From Azolla caroliniana (Eukaryota > Plantae > Polypodiophyta): 64,000 bases of DNA. The position numbers and the translations under genes were made by a program. Below are positions 24,501 to 37,181 of the stretch, piece by piece (position 1 is the first letter of the stretch; every line of letters begins with the position of its first letter). The stretch covers positions 11,718,001 to 11,782,000 of the forward strand of contig JBHGNT010000003.1 in assembly GCA_043228905.1 (NCBI GenBank), given 5' to 3'. The notes beneath the pieces are model-generated. The model worked only from the letters and a program-made list of their open reading frames with translations, was not told where the DNA came from and searched no databases.

Positions 24501-24908
24501 GGTAAGTGCGCTAAATTAGCCCCACGGTTTTGTGGACCTTTTACAGTCCTCAAACGCATTGGGTCATCAACCTATCGTCTCACTCTTCCCGATGGTGTCG
24601 GAATTCATCCAGTCTTTCATGTGAGTCGTCTAAAAGAACTTCTAGGTTCTGGCGACAATACAATTACGACTGAAACTCTGGTTACTTCTAAAGAATTATC
24701 TTCTAAACCACATGTACCAGAAAGAATTCTCGATGTTAAAACAAAAAAATTACGTACTAAAGAAATCCGAGAATTTAAAATAAAATGGATGGATAAATCA
24801 ATAAAAGATGCCACATGGGAACGCGAAAATACTCTTAGAACTAACTTCCCTAACTTTCCATTGCAAGAGTGCAATGTTTTAAAGAGGGGGAGTATGTTAT
24901 GGGCATGA
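21547..24908 (+). pseudogene. D pol: PR, RT (internal deletion), RH, INT, chromodomain
   Basis: LFDSGSSHNF, FLDDILVYS, VETDASDYAIG, HDAPSAGHPG..C..C, ISMDF, SDRD, PERILD...KW...ATWE. Confidence 0.93.
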
Positions 24909-25348
24909 CCATATAATATCCCGTGGTAAGAATTTACCGTAGTATTCTATACACGTGGATAAGTGTGAGGGTTAAACGAGAGTGTAAAGAAGGGGAGGAT
25001 TACTTTTAATCCTCGGGATTGAGACAACCCATTAGGTCAAGTGTGAACTTGCCTGGGGGACTTGGGTATCGCTATAAATAAGAGGCCTAGCTACCCTCAT
25101 TTGATCATCTTTTGACTACATCGAGACTCTGCTCGTGTGGTGGGTCAACTCTTGTAGCGAGCGCGCCAGCACCAGGTACGACTCGACGCCACGACGGTGG
25201 TATGGGACGCCGATCGAGGCTCGAGTCCGTCTCGATCCCTCGCTCGGGGGTGGTCGGGTGGATCGGCACCCTTCTTTCTCTTTCTCCTTTCTATCTTTCA
25301 TTTCTTTATCCTTATCTTAAGCTTACTTTAGTACCTAGATCTATAATA
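24895..25348 (+). repeat. D 3' LTR
   Basis: Direct repeat of 18471-18925 following the PPT. Confidence 0.93.
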
Positions 25349-25353
25349 TTCGC

Positions 25354-27437
25354 AATGCTACCGAACACCCTCAACTGCCGCAAGTTCGGCTTAGTTCCGA
25401 AATATAGCTCGTGCGCCGACACTTTGTCTTCGATCCGGTTTTGGATATATGCCGCGGTCCTTACCACCTCGGCCCAGTAGAACTTGGGCAAGCTCTTCTC
25501 CTCCAGCATTGCCCGTGCCGCTTCCACAATTGATCGATTCTTCCTCTCGACCACGCCATTTTGCTCCGACGTGTATCTACAACTGAATTCGCGCCGAATT
25601 CCCATTTGTTGTAGATATCCGTTGAATTGACCAGAAAAATACTCTTTCCCGCCATCCGACCGCAGGCACTTGATCCTTCGTCCCGTTTCCGTTTCCACGA
25701 ACCCTTTGAGATTCCGGAAACAGTCGAAGACTTCGCTCTTCCTCTCAATGAGATAGATCCACGTGTGCCGCGTGTGGTCGTTGATGAAGGAGATGAAATA
25801 TCGGCTCCCGCCAAGACTAATGTTTTGTGCCGGCCCCCATACATCGTAGTGTATAAGGTAGACCTTGTTCTGGCTCCGGTTTCGCTCGTTCGGGAAAGGA
25901 AGTCGGTGTTGCTTCCCGAACTGGCAGGCTTCACAAATTTGTGCCTTTCGGCCACTAAATTTGGGCAATCCGAACACTACCTGTTTGATTGTAGATCTTG
26001 AAGCCGTTGGTAGTTGACGTGGTCTATCCGCTTGTGCCACAAGTCGATGTCCGACTCGGATTTTTGTCCCTTCGCGAACATTGCGGTGCCGCCGTCAGTG
26101 GAATCTAGGATGAACATCCTCCCGTGTCTGCGCCCTTGCGCAATCACACAACCTTCTTCCTCAATGAAGCACCCGAGGTGTGTAAACCGAACCTCCATCC
26201 CTTGGTCGACGATCTGTCCGACCGAGACCAAGTTCTTCGTGATTGTCGGAACGTGCAACACGCTCATGAGTTTCCCTTTCTGCCCGACATGGCTAAGGGG
26301 GACTTCTCCGACATTCGCGATCGGATGCGGAGTGTCGTCTCCAGTTGTGACTACTCAAGGTTGTATCGGTTTTTCAGGGTACGAGAACCACTCCTTATGG
26401 CTCGTCATGTGGTTTGACGCGTCGGAGTCTACGTACCACACCTCGTCCGATCTCGGGGTGGTCCGTTTCATTAAGTTTGCTTCGTGTCTCGTCACGAAGG
26501 CAGACCCTTCTCCGGCTCTCCCGGAGTCTTCAACGTAGTGCGATCGCTGCCGATTTCCCTTGTCGGTATGTCCGGAGCCGTTTCCGGAACCGGTTCTCTC
26601 CGAATCAGCGCGCTTCTTCCAGCACTCATTTTCCCTGTGGCCTTTCTTGCCACAGTACCAGCACTCCGCGATGGCCTTCCCTTGCCGGTTCTCATCGCTT
26701 TGACTCCCCCTGTTTCCATAGGGTCTGGAGTTGCTGCCGGCATCACTTCGGTGCCTTCTTCATTGATCACATCGGCCGCCTCCATTGCGCGCCGACTCGC
26801 CTCGTCCTCCACGTCCACGGGGCCTGTCTCCCTCCGTGTACAACATTTTGCTTTCGGTGTGCGTGCTTGTAGACGCACCCGTGTGGTTCTCCTCTACCAG
26901 GAGCATTGACTGTAAGTCGAAAAAGGACGGCGTATTCTCCCGGGTACACACAGCCGTTCGGAACGCTCCGAACTTCGACGCCAAACCTCCGAGACAGATC
27001 TGGACCATCTCGCTCTCCTCGATGTTCACCTCTATGGAGGCGAGGGAGTCGCAGATATCCTTGATCTTCGAGGTATAGTCAGCCACCGACAAGTCGCGTT
27101 GTTGTAGGTTGCTCAACTCCTGTCGGAGCTGAAGCTTCCTGGCTGTGGTGCTCGCAGCGAAAATCTTCTTCAGATTTTCCCACGCACCCTTCGGCGTCTT
27201 TGCATCCCGAACATAGCTCAATAGTTGTTCGGCCACACACGACGCGAAGCAGTATAATACCCTGCTCGCCGATTGCTCCCACGACGGGAAGTCTTTGTGT
27301 GTCGATTCGGGTGCCGCGTCATTAGCTCCTTCGACATAACTCCAGTAGCCGTGCCTAAGCAAGTACTAGTGCATCTTGTAGGACCAAGACACGTAGTTGG
27401 TTCTGTTGAGCTTCTCTGTTGGAAGCGAGCTCGCCAT
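25354..27437 (-). pseudogene. C gag, protease, GAG-pre-integrase and integrase core
   Basis: MASSLPTEKL start, CWYCGKKGH knuckle, WYVDSDASNHM, LWHKRIDH..C..C, LRSDGGKEY, QNGVVER. Confidence 0.93.
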
Positions 27438-27509
27438 GCCTCTATCTATCGTTCTTCTTGTTCTTCTTCGTCAAGCTGTGTCGGCTGCAGAGAGGTTCTC
27501 AACCCTCGC

Positions 27510-27521
27510 GCTCTGATACCA
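27510..27521 (-). promoter_or_regulatory. C PBS, tRNA-iMet
   Basis: TGGTATCAGAGC on minus strand abutting the LTR. Confidence 0.92.
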
Positions 27522-27973
27522 TGTAAAAAGTAACGTGCGGAAGCAAGTATGAAGACCGAACAGAAGGAAGAAAACTCAGGTTTAATGGAGAGCTCGACCT
27601 TATGCAGTATACGCGGGAGAGAGAGAGAGAGTGAGAGAGAGAGAGAGAGATGAAACAAGAACTATATTCAAAAAGGTACTCAATCTCTATTCACCACACT
27701 CTATACATATGTCTGTTCAATGAACACTTTTATACAAGTCCTAGAAGGACTGACCGAAGTACTGACAGTACTTCAATGCTCATTAAGAGCTCCTACACTA
27801 ACTCCCAAATATATTCCTCACGGAATATCTTTCCTAACAGCCTCTCGGTTTACGCACCGATCTGACCCTACCTACACACCGGTTTACGCATTTGGCCTAA
27901 CCGATCGGTCCCAACCGATCCGGTCCTCGGCTTCTTCAGCCGATCCGGCAGATGTTGAGCTTGTCTCTCAACA
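27522..27973 (-). repeat. C 5' LTR
   Basis: Direct repeat of 15330-15773. Confidence 0.95.
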
Positions 27974-27978
27974 TGGAT

Positions 27979-30388
27979 AAATACAACCCAGAGTAATTTG
28001 TCGATCTCCTCTTTTACCCGTGCCACATAGTTTGGGTTCATTCAATAGCGCCTTTGTGCTACTGGTTTGGCGTGCTTGCGGAGATGTATCTGATGGTGAT
28101 ACAACTGCGGATTCAGCCTTCGCATATCCTCATAGGATTCAGCAAATACGTCCCAGAATTCTTTTAATAAAGTAATCATTGCCGTCTTTTTTTCCAGTGA
28201 TAGGTCTTTGGCAATATGTATTGGTCGTGCTTTCTCTACTATTCCTAGGTTTACTTCTTCCAGCTGGGACGCCTTCACCTGTTGAGACACCGCCATCTCT
28301 CATTCTAGGGCCTCCTGTGCTTGATGCAGTTCTCTGAGGGCATCTCTATCCGGTTCCTCTCCAGCATCTTCCGGTTGTGCAATATATGGGGAGACTGCTT
28401 CAGCCACATCTATTTCGAACAAAGGCATGATTTTTGGATTCTCCTTGAGAAATCGATGGACTTCCTCATCGGTAAGCCCTTCGAACATGTTTACGCTTTC
28501 AGCGTATAACGACGTTAGCTCTTGGCCAGTTCCCATTTGTGGATGTGTCGGTACCCGTACTTTGGTTTTATCTCGCCGGAACGTAATCATGTTCTTCTGC
28601 CAATTTTGTTTAATGTACGTCATCCTCAACCATGATCTTCCAAGCAATAGTGGATAAGCCCCTTGAGCATTTAACTGGAGAACTACTGCAGAAATGTGGA
28701 ATGCATGTCCTGCAATTGTCACCTCCAAATCCCGTATTAAAATGGTGGGTCTTACCGAACTCGTATCTGTCATCCGGAGCCAAAACAGGCAAGGCTCCCA
28801 TTCCTGAATTCCTAGGGTGTCACAAGTTCGGAGGCTGATCACATTAACGCCCAATCCTCCGTTGACGATCGTCCTTGGTAGCTCACGTCCTTTGATAATG
28901 GCCGTGATTTCTGGATTGCTTGTGTCCACCACTGCCAACCCTTCCTCTGGGTTTGAAAAGAAAGTCGGGGCCGACAACGAGTTTGCTGGGGTCGTTGCCG
29001 ATTTCAGCCCCTCCGTAAACCGGGGTACTAATTGCAGTAGCCGGCCTAATGGCAACGTAATTTGACTTTCCTATAGCACTTGGCACGTTGGGTTCTCCGG
29101 CTGTATTGTGTCTGTGAGCTCTGCCGATGTCTCCTTTTGTTGTTTGACTTCAGCCGCGTTCTGCTTATTCGCCTTCTCAATCCATCCGGTGGCCTCCTGT
29201 GCTTCCCACTCCGTCGTCTTTCCTTTGGACCTGGTGGTGACTTGCTGTATATCCGCGACTTTTGCTACCATCATATTGACTTCCGGCCGTTTTTCGTTCC
29301 TTTTAACCGGGCATTGGTTGCTGTAATGCCCCTCATGTTGGCAATAGTAGCAATATGTCTTCCGGGTATTGCTAGATTCTGCTTTTGTTTTGGTACCCTT
29401 TTGAAATGTGGTTACCGCTCGGTTAGGTTCTTCTATTTTTCTTTATTCTGATTGGGCACCACTTATGCCTCTATCCGGCTCTCATTGGTACTCCTTTGCC
29501 AGCTCCCGACGATCCTCTTTTTGAAAGTTCTTGTAACCCTGTTCGTGTCGGTCTTCATAGTTTGCTTGTTGTTCCTCCCTCCTCAGGTTGTAGTTGGAAG
29601 AGTAGTCACGACCATTGCGGTCACAATTATAATATTGGTTCCTATCATACTGGTCCCGATCATAAGCACCCCTTCGCCGGTCGTAATCTGGTGAGTAGTC
29701 CCGTTCATATTGATCTTGATTGTGGCCTTCCCTGCGTCGGTCGTTACGATAACGCCCATAGTGGTCGCGTCTTCTCTCATTGTACCGATCCCCACGTTCT
29801 GGTCGGTATCGGGCCTCCCTCCGGAACCGTTTATCGTCCGGTTCATGACTGCTACATGGTTCAATTATCCTCACCGGTGTCGTTGGTCGGTTGAGCAGGT
29901 TGTACTCGCATCGGTCCATTGTGTGTGCCCGTGAGTGCTAGGTCATACATTGCGTCCTCATTGTGCAGTCTACCGTCGAATGGCTTGGGTTTAGATACAT
30001 TCTGCATTGCAATGCCTGGCGAAACCTGAGATCCTCCTGATTTGGAAGGGCCTTCTACAGGGCTCCCATTGTCATCAGGGAGCTATGTTTATCCAGTTCT
30101 AGCACCCGATCGATGACTTGATGCATGGTGTTGGCTTGGAATTCTAGTACTCCGCACATCTTTCAGAGTGGTTCTCGTAAAGTGGGCAGAAACACCGCTT
30201 TCGCCTCCTCCTTTGGAGGTGCCCTTGAAATCGGATGATAAATTGGGGCATAGTCTCCTACTCCTCTTGGCAGGTTGTGTAAAACCGTCTGACTAGTTTG
30301 CACTGTTCCACTTGCCTATGGAATAGTCGGAGGAATTTTGTTTTCAAGGCCTCAAATGTGGCAAAGCTTCCAGGTAGGTGCTTTGTGT
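27979..30388 (-). pseudogene. A gag (3' part with knuckle), aspartic protease, RT start
   Basis: Knuckle CYYCQHEGHYSNQC near 29310-29352, IVNGGLGVNVI protease site, YPLLLGRSWL, KPVAQRRY. Confidence 0.85.
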
Positions 30389-30393
30389 GCCAG

Positions 30394-30828
30394 TGTTAGG
30401 AACAGTACTAAGACAGAGAAGGAATTAGTACTAAAAGAAGTATTAGTACTAAGAGAGGTGAAGAACTCTCGAGAGAAGGAAAGAGTGAGTGAGAGGGAGG
30501 GAGAGAGAGATCGAGAGAGAGAGAGAGAGTGATGATAAGAAAAGATATATATTATGTGAAGAGAATGTACAGTAGTAGCTAGGAGGCTTAAGACTGGCGT
30601 TGAACCGATTTGGTTCGAAATAATGCCTCGTGCCTCCTTTTATAGTGTTCTAAGGAATACTCTTGAAGTTTCTAGAATATTCCAGAGAAATCTGGAATAT
30701 ACATGAATTTTCTATAATAAAACATAAATGAAAATAATATTCTACAAATTACAATGTATGGTCTAATGGTCAAGAGCTCGACCCATGTAGCATAAGGTCA
30801 TGGGTTCGAGTCTTGCCATATCATGACA
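30394..30828 (-). repeat. E 3' LTR
   Basis: TGTTAGG...CATGACA; repeat of 35568-35995. Confidence 0.93.
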
Positions 30829-33800
30829 CTATCCCCCCATCAAAACGACGAGTGTAACGAGTCGTTTTGGATTGAGGACCCGGTTTGTTTGGATATTGAC
30901 GATGGAAGCCTTCAAGAAGAGCACGAGCATTGGTGACATTCTCTATCGGTTCCCAAGTACGCTCACTGGGACTATATCCTAGCCAATTGACTAGATAGTA
31001 GAGCTTGTTGCGAACAATATTGGAATCAAGGATGGCGGCAACCTCGTACTCAGGTCCATCTTCAAGCTGGATCGGGGGTGGAGGCTGTGTAATACGGCCT
31101 GGGATCGTGCTCTCTTGATAGGGTTCGAGGAGAGAACTATGAAACGCCGGATGTATCCAAAGTTGTGGAGGTAGATCGAGACAAAAAGCGACATCATTAA
31201 TCTTTTCTATAATACGGAAAGGACCTAATCGCCGATAATCCAACTTCTCGCATGGGCGAGTAGTCTTGATGTGTCGTCGGAGTAGCCATACCCGATCTCC
31301 AATGTTAAAACTGGATGGGAGTCGATGACGATCCGCATAAACCTTGTGTGTTTGCTGAGCTTGTTGAAGATGAGTAGATAAATCCGCTTGTATCTTGTGT
31401 AACCGCTCCAAACGATCCTCCGCGCAAGGATTTGTGGACACCTCTAGGGTTTCAAGTACACACCACCGGGGGTGACATCTCGTATAAGCATACAATGGCG
31501 TAACTTTAGTCGATGCGTGGATAGAGTTATTATAGGAAAATTTGGCGAAGTGGAGAATATTTGCCTAGTCATCTTGATGATAGCTGAGAAAGCACCGCAG
31601 GTATTGCTCCAGCGTTTGATTTGTTCGTTCGGCTCGGCGATCGGTTTGTGGGTAGTAGCCAGGGGAGAGGTTACAAGTGACCTTGAGCATTTTAAAAAGG
31701 TGCTTCCAGAATTTTGACACGAACCGGGGTCCACGGTCGTTGACGATACTATCGGGAAGTCCATGATGCCGACATACTTCACGCATGACAATTTCGGCGG
31801 TGTCTTCACTGGAGATTTCCTTAGTACATGGCAAAAAATGAGCCATCTTCGTATATCGATCTACCACTGTTAGAATTGCATTGAACCCCTTAGAGACTGG
31901 AAGATCTGTGATCAAGTCTAGAGCAATGGATTGCCATGGCTTGCTTGGAATTGGTAATGGTTCTAATAAACCATATGGATGATGCCTTGGTATTTTCGCT
32001 CTGCAGCATGTGTCACAAGTCCGAACAAAATCTTCGACAAATTACAAAATGATCGTTGTACTAAATCTAATGTTTTAGTACTACCAAAATGCCCAGCTGT
32101 ATATGTGTCATGACAGTTTTGTACTACTTGAAGGCAGCAAGAACCATTAGGAACATACAAAAGTTCTTTAAAGAAGAGTAATCCATAATGGTATTTGAAT
32201 TGCTGATAGTCCGTACCTGGTGGTTGCGACTGTGAACACGACGCTCGAGATGGATCAATTTGTGCTAGTATAGCTTGGGCGAAAGCATCTGTCTTCATGT
32301 CCGCACATATGACATCGATAACGTGGGAATCCATGGGCATGCCAAAGACTTGTGTTGCTTGCAGTCGTGCCGGTCCCAAGATTACTTGCTTTTGGTTATC
32401 GAAAGCTGGCTTGCCGGGACGCGGTGCTAGGTACGAACGCCGTGATAATGCATCTGCTTTCCCTTGATGCTTCCCAGGTCGAAACGCGTAAGAAAATGGG
32501 CCCACCGAGCTTGACGTCGATTTAACACACGAGCGTCTTGAAAATAGGCGAGGTTTTTGTGGTCACTGAATACAGTGACTTGATGAGAAGATCCCTCTAG
32601 AAAATGCCTCCATTGCATAAAAGAGTCCACTATAGGCAATAGCTCTTTATCATGAATTTCGTAATTGATTTCGGCGGCGTCAAACTTGCGTGAGTGAAAA
32701 GCCATAGGATGTAGCTTTTCATCATTACCTGGTTGTGATAGAATGCTTCCCAATGCAAAATCCAATGTGTCCGCTTTGATGATGAATGGTTTTTCTAGAT
32801 CAACGTGAGCTAGAATCGGAGCCGATGTAAATGCCTGTTTAAGATTCTCAAAAGCCATGTCTGCTTCTTTAGACCAAACAAACGATTGTCCCTTCCTAGT
32901 AAGTTGTGTAAGAGGCAAAACGAGCTTTGAGTAATCCTTTATAAACTTCCGGTAAAAATTGGCAAAGCCTAGAAAGCATTGCACATCCCGCACCGAACGC
33001 GGAGTCTGCCATTCTACCACCGTTTTGACCTTAGCTGGGTCCATGGAGATGCCTTCTAAGGAAATGACATAGCCGAGAAATTCCACCTGGTTGCACCCGA
33101 AACTACATTTTTCCAACTTTGCATAAAGACCATTTTCTCGAAGTCGATTTAGTACTAACAGTACATGAGAATCATGCTCTTCTTGGGTCTTCGAGTAAAC
33201 CAGTAGATCATCCAAATAGATGATTAGACACACAACCAAGAGATCTCGGAAAATATCATTTGCCATGTGCTGGAAGACTGTTGGCGCATTAGTGAGGCCG
33301 AACAGCATGATCGTATACTCGAAGTGCCCATATTTGGTGCAGAACGCGGTCTTCCATTCATCTCCTGGTCGGATCCGTACGAGGTTATAGGCTCCTCGTA
33401 AGTCGATCTTCGTGAAGAACCTCACACCATTGATCCGTTCTAAAAGACCTGAGATAAGGGGAGTGCATACCTATTTCGGATTGTAACCTTATTCAAGCCA
33501 CGGTAATCTACAACGAGCCGAAGTGAGGCATCCTTTTTCTTGACGAAGAAAATGGGTGCGCCGGCTGGAGATTTCGAATGTCGTATGAAACCATTCTCCA
33601 AATTCTCCTCTATATAGGCTCGAAGGACTTCCAGTTCGGTTGGTGACAGATTGTAGATCGGTCCCCATGGTGGCTCTTTCCCCGGTTGTAAATCGATGGG
33701 GCAATCATATGGTCGATGGTGAGGAAGTGTACTCGCTTGTACTTTATCAAACACATCGGCATACTGACGATACTTCTCTAGAAGTTGAATGGTGGATTCC

Positions 33801-34367
33801 CTTTAGTGGTGCTGGAGGGTTTTACTGATATTGCAAAGAGGAACATTTTGTCCTTGCATCCTTCCTCACGCAACTGATGTAGTGAAATCGTTGCAATCTC
33901 ATGAGTAGACCCTCGGGCTTTTCGATGCCGCATTTCTCTTGTCCACCAATCTATGTCTGGGTTATGTAATTCGAACCATGGTAATCCTAAGACAATGGGG
34001 TGTTCTGGGATGCTAATTATATTAAATGATATGACACATGCTAGATTATCTAGGACAATATTAACGGGCTCTGACTCTTCTATGATATTTCCTGAGGCAA
34101 TGGGACGACCATCGACGACTACTACAAGGGCAAGACACAGGAGTTTTTTGAGAGATATCTGATGAGCTTGGGCAAATTTCGTATCCATGAAGCAAGAATT
34201 AGCTCCGGAATCTAGAAGTGCTAAGACATGTACTGGAGGAGTACTTTTAGTACTAATTGTTACTTGGGCTACGAACACATTGCTAACTTGCTTAGAGGGA
34301 ATGGAACCACTAATGGGTTGCACAGATCTAGGGTTGTCCAACCAAACGGCTCCTATTTTGGCTGGAC
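30821..34367 (-). pseudogene. E pol: PR, RT, RH, INT, type I chromodomain
   Basis: ALLDSGANSCF, KIDLRGAYN, YLDDLLVYS, EINYEIHDKELL, EYEVAAILDS...YYLVNWLGY...TWEP. Confidence 0.93.
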
Positions 34368-35501
34368 TTATTCATTTAACTCTTCTTCTAACTGACTAAG
34401 GACATCAAATTTGTTCGCTCGATTTGGGCTATTAGTACTATTAGGACTATCAGATATCCCTACTGAAATAGACTCGGGTTTAGTACAATTAGAACTAGCA
34501 ACTATTTGGTTTACCTGCATTCTTGGCCTATGGGGACAGTTTACCGAGATATGCCCTGGTCCACCGCAATAAAGACATAGTCGGTTTGCTCGACGTCGTT
34601 GCTTTTCTTCTTCCGATAGCGGTCCACGACGACGTGTGTTGTCAATTTCCATCAAAGTTGGAGTACTTGCTGGAGGCGCATTATATGACTCCCTCGGAAA
34701 AGGTTTCGCTATCACTGAGGCATAGGTAGGCTCTGATCTTGCCCTCGGAATCTGGAATTGTCGTTCCGAACTTCGTTCGAAGAGGCGGTTGCCGCATCTC
34801 ACTGCACGACTTATTGCTTCTGTTAATGACTTTGGCTCTTCGGGGAAGGTCAAGAGTAAATCCTTGACATCGTTGCGTAAGCCATAACGGAATTGCTCCA
34901 TCAATGTGTGATCATCCTAAGGGATATCGGCAGCGAGTAGGCGGAAATCTGTAGCGTATGCGGAAGCTGGACGATCACCTTTGCGTAATCGTCGGATTTT
35001 GTTGATTGGAGTCCTTATGCTGTCAGTATCTCCAAAACAGGTCTTAAACTCACTTATAAATTCTTCAAAACTGTTTAATAATGGAGAATCCTTTTCCAAC
35101 AATGGAGCAAACCATGCTAACGTTGAGCTACTAAGGAGAGTGCCTACTAGTCCCACTCGTGATGCATCGGTGGGATATCGAGAAGGATGCATTTGTATCA
35201 CTAAACGTACCTGATTCAAAAACCCTCTAAACTGTGATCGGGTCCCATCAAATTTTGCAGGAAGACCGATCTTGGGTTCTTTGTGAATCCCTTGAGTGCC
35301 TGATCCTTGTTGTTGAAATGATATGATAGTCGCTTCGAGTTGTTGTACACGTAGTTTTTGTTTTTCCAGTGCTATTTGTTGAAGATCCCCCAATAAGCGA
35401 TGATTTTCTTGTTCTAGTGCTACAAATTTCTGAGAAAATAGATTGGTATTCTTGAGCTCTGAGAAAATAGATTGGTATTCCTGAGCGCTAATAGTTTCCA
35501 T
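34368..35501 (-). pseudogene. E gag (one in-frame stop)
   Basis: PAKFDGTRSQFRGF, FRYGLRNDVKD, CLYCGGPGHISVNC. Confidence 0.9.
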
Positions 35502-35567
35502 TTTACTAGGGAGGATAGGAGGATTAATAAGAAGATAAAAGGAAAAGGAGGAAAGGAAGAGGAGGAA

Positions 35568-35995
35568 AGGAACAGTACTAAGACAGAGAAGGAATTAGTA
35601 CTAAAAGAAGTATTAGTACTAAGAGAAGTGAAGAACTCTCGAGAGAAGGAAAGAGTGAGTGAGAGGGAGGGAGAGAGAGATCGAGAGAGAGAGTGATGAT
35701 AAAAAAAGATATATATTATGTGAAGAGAATGTACGGTAGTAGCTAGGAGGCTTAAGACTGGCGTTGAACCGATTTGGTTCGAAATAATGCCTCGTGCCTC
35801 CTTTTATAGTGTTCTAAGGAATAATACTCTTGAAGTTTCTAGAATGTTCCAGAGAAATCTGGAATATACATCAATTTTCTATAATAAAATATGAGTGAAA
35901 ATAATATTCTACGAATTACAATGTATGGTCTAATGGTCAAGAGCTCGACCCATGTAGCATAAAGTCATGGGTTCGAGTCTTGCCATATCATGACA
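35568..35995 (-). repeat. E 5' LTR, missing its last 4 nt and the adjacent PBS
   Basis: Match to the other LTR starts at AGGAACAGTAC without the TGTT terminus. Confidence 0.88.
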
Positions 35996-36000
35996 GCCAG

Positions 36001-36615
36001 CGGGCTGTTGGTCCCTCTAATGTCATGCTGAATTTGGCAATCTTTGAACGTTCCGTTTCCGGTTCGCTTCCCATGTTTGTAGGATAAGGGTATGACATGG
36101 TGTAGTCTTCGGGAGGTTGTACTGGAGACGTGTGGTTTAGTTCCTACTCTGCGGGTGGTGTTGGTGCGCGGTTTTCCGCTGTCTCCGCGGGTGGTGTTGG
36201 CACGCAGTTTTCCGTTGTCTCCACGGGTGGTGTTGGCGCGCGGTTTTCCGCTTCCTCCGCGGTTGGTGTTGATGAGCCGCCCGATTCGTTGTCCAAAGTA
36301 TCGTGGCTGCTTTTGTAATTCGACTGTACACTTTGTTCACTATCCGATTTTGACTCTAAGGTCGAGAATGCGTCTGAGTCGTCGTTGCCTCCGACAAGCG
36401 TCCGCAGTCGCGCTTCTGCCTCTTGCAAGCTCGTAAGACTACTACCCTTGATGGAAAATTGTTGTGTTTGGAATCGAAGTGTGTCTTCTGTGACCCTCCG
36501 AAGCACTCTTGGAAAAGACCGATCGTATTAGATCTCCTCGACCGCTTGTTGGAAGGCTGCCCCCGCCTTTGCTATCTTTCAGCAAGTCTTCTTCCTCGTT
36601 CGGTGACTTGGTCAT
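36001..36615 (-). pseudogene. A gag 5' part with 36-bp tandem repeat (ENRAPTPPAETA x3-4)
   Basis: Follows the PBS; repeat visible at 36140-36270. Confidence 0.6.
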
Positions 36616-36665
36616 TAGTCGGTCGAGACATCCATCCCCCGGTGTTCTCTACTCATTGCAGGAAT

Positions 36666-36676
36666 TGTGGTCGCCA
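36666..36676 (-). promoter_or_regulatory. A PBS, probably tRNA-Arg
   Basis: TGGCGACCACA on minus strand 6 nt from the LTR; matches the recalled 3' end of plant tRNA-Arg(UCG). Confidence 0.65.
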
Positions 36677-36682
36677 AAACTG

Positions 36683-37181
36683 TGTTGTCCCTTTGGCTGG
36701 ACAAGCCCTAACACAGGGTGTCCCTATGGAACACTTCACCAAAGGGCGGTACGGGAAGATATGGATGGACCATAGTATTGAATGGCCTTAACCGGTTAAT
36801 AACCGACACCCTTAATTAATCGTAACACACGCGTAAGATTAACTACATTAAGCACATGACGGTAACCAGATAGACACTAAACATATGTAAACAACAACAC
36901 TTCTATTAATTATCTATCTTTGATTACATTCTTGCCAGGTCCTTTAATAAGTCTCCGACTGAGTTACAAACCAGTGCCAACTAGCAACCGACAACGATCT
37001 GGTCCGGATCCGAATTGGCATACTGATTCTGGGTCCGTTCGTCCGCTTCTCAAAATAGCATAATACTTATTAATTCCCATAATATTTCCTAATACTTATT
37101 AATTGCAACTCCCTATTCCTAAGTAAATACCCTTTTTACATTCTGGACTCTAACCGGCCCTTTTTACCTTGCCGGCCAACA
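36683..37181 (-). repeat. A 5' LTR
   Basis: Direct repeat of 5056-5553. Confidence 0.95.

Larger units (their letters stand above)
18471..25348 (+). mobile_element. Element D: chromovirus Ty3/Gypsy (Reina/Tekay-type chromodomain) inserted in C integrase
   Basis: LTRs 18471-18925 and 24895-25348, TSD TACGC/TTCGC, PBS TGGTATCAGA 18928-18937, PPT AAAGAGGGGGAG 24881-24892; host reads VFGSIA|YMHVP when D is removed. Confidence 0.93.
15330..27973 (-). mobile_element. Element C: Ty1/Copia LTR retrotransposon inserted in A RT
   Basis: LTRs 15330-15773 and 27522-27973, TSD CGGAT/TGGAT (one C>T), PBS tRNA-iMet, PPT, gag-PR-INT-RT-RH order. Confidence 0.95.
30394..35995 (-). mobile_element. Element E: Tcn1-like chromovirus inserted in A gag
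   Basis: LTRs 30394-30828 and ~35568-35995, perfect TSD GCCAG (30389-30393, 35996-36000), PPT GGGGGGATAG. Confidence 0.93.
5056..37181 (-). mobile_element. Element A: Athila-like non-chromovirus Ty3/Gypsy LTR retrotransposon, expanded to 32 kb by nested insertions
   Basis: ~498-bp TG..CA LTR pair, perfect 5-bp TSD CTTGC (5051-5055, 37182-37186), gag-PR-RT-RH-INT order on minus strand, no chromodomain or extra RNase H seen. Confidence 0.92.
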
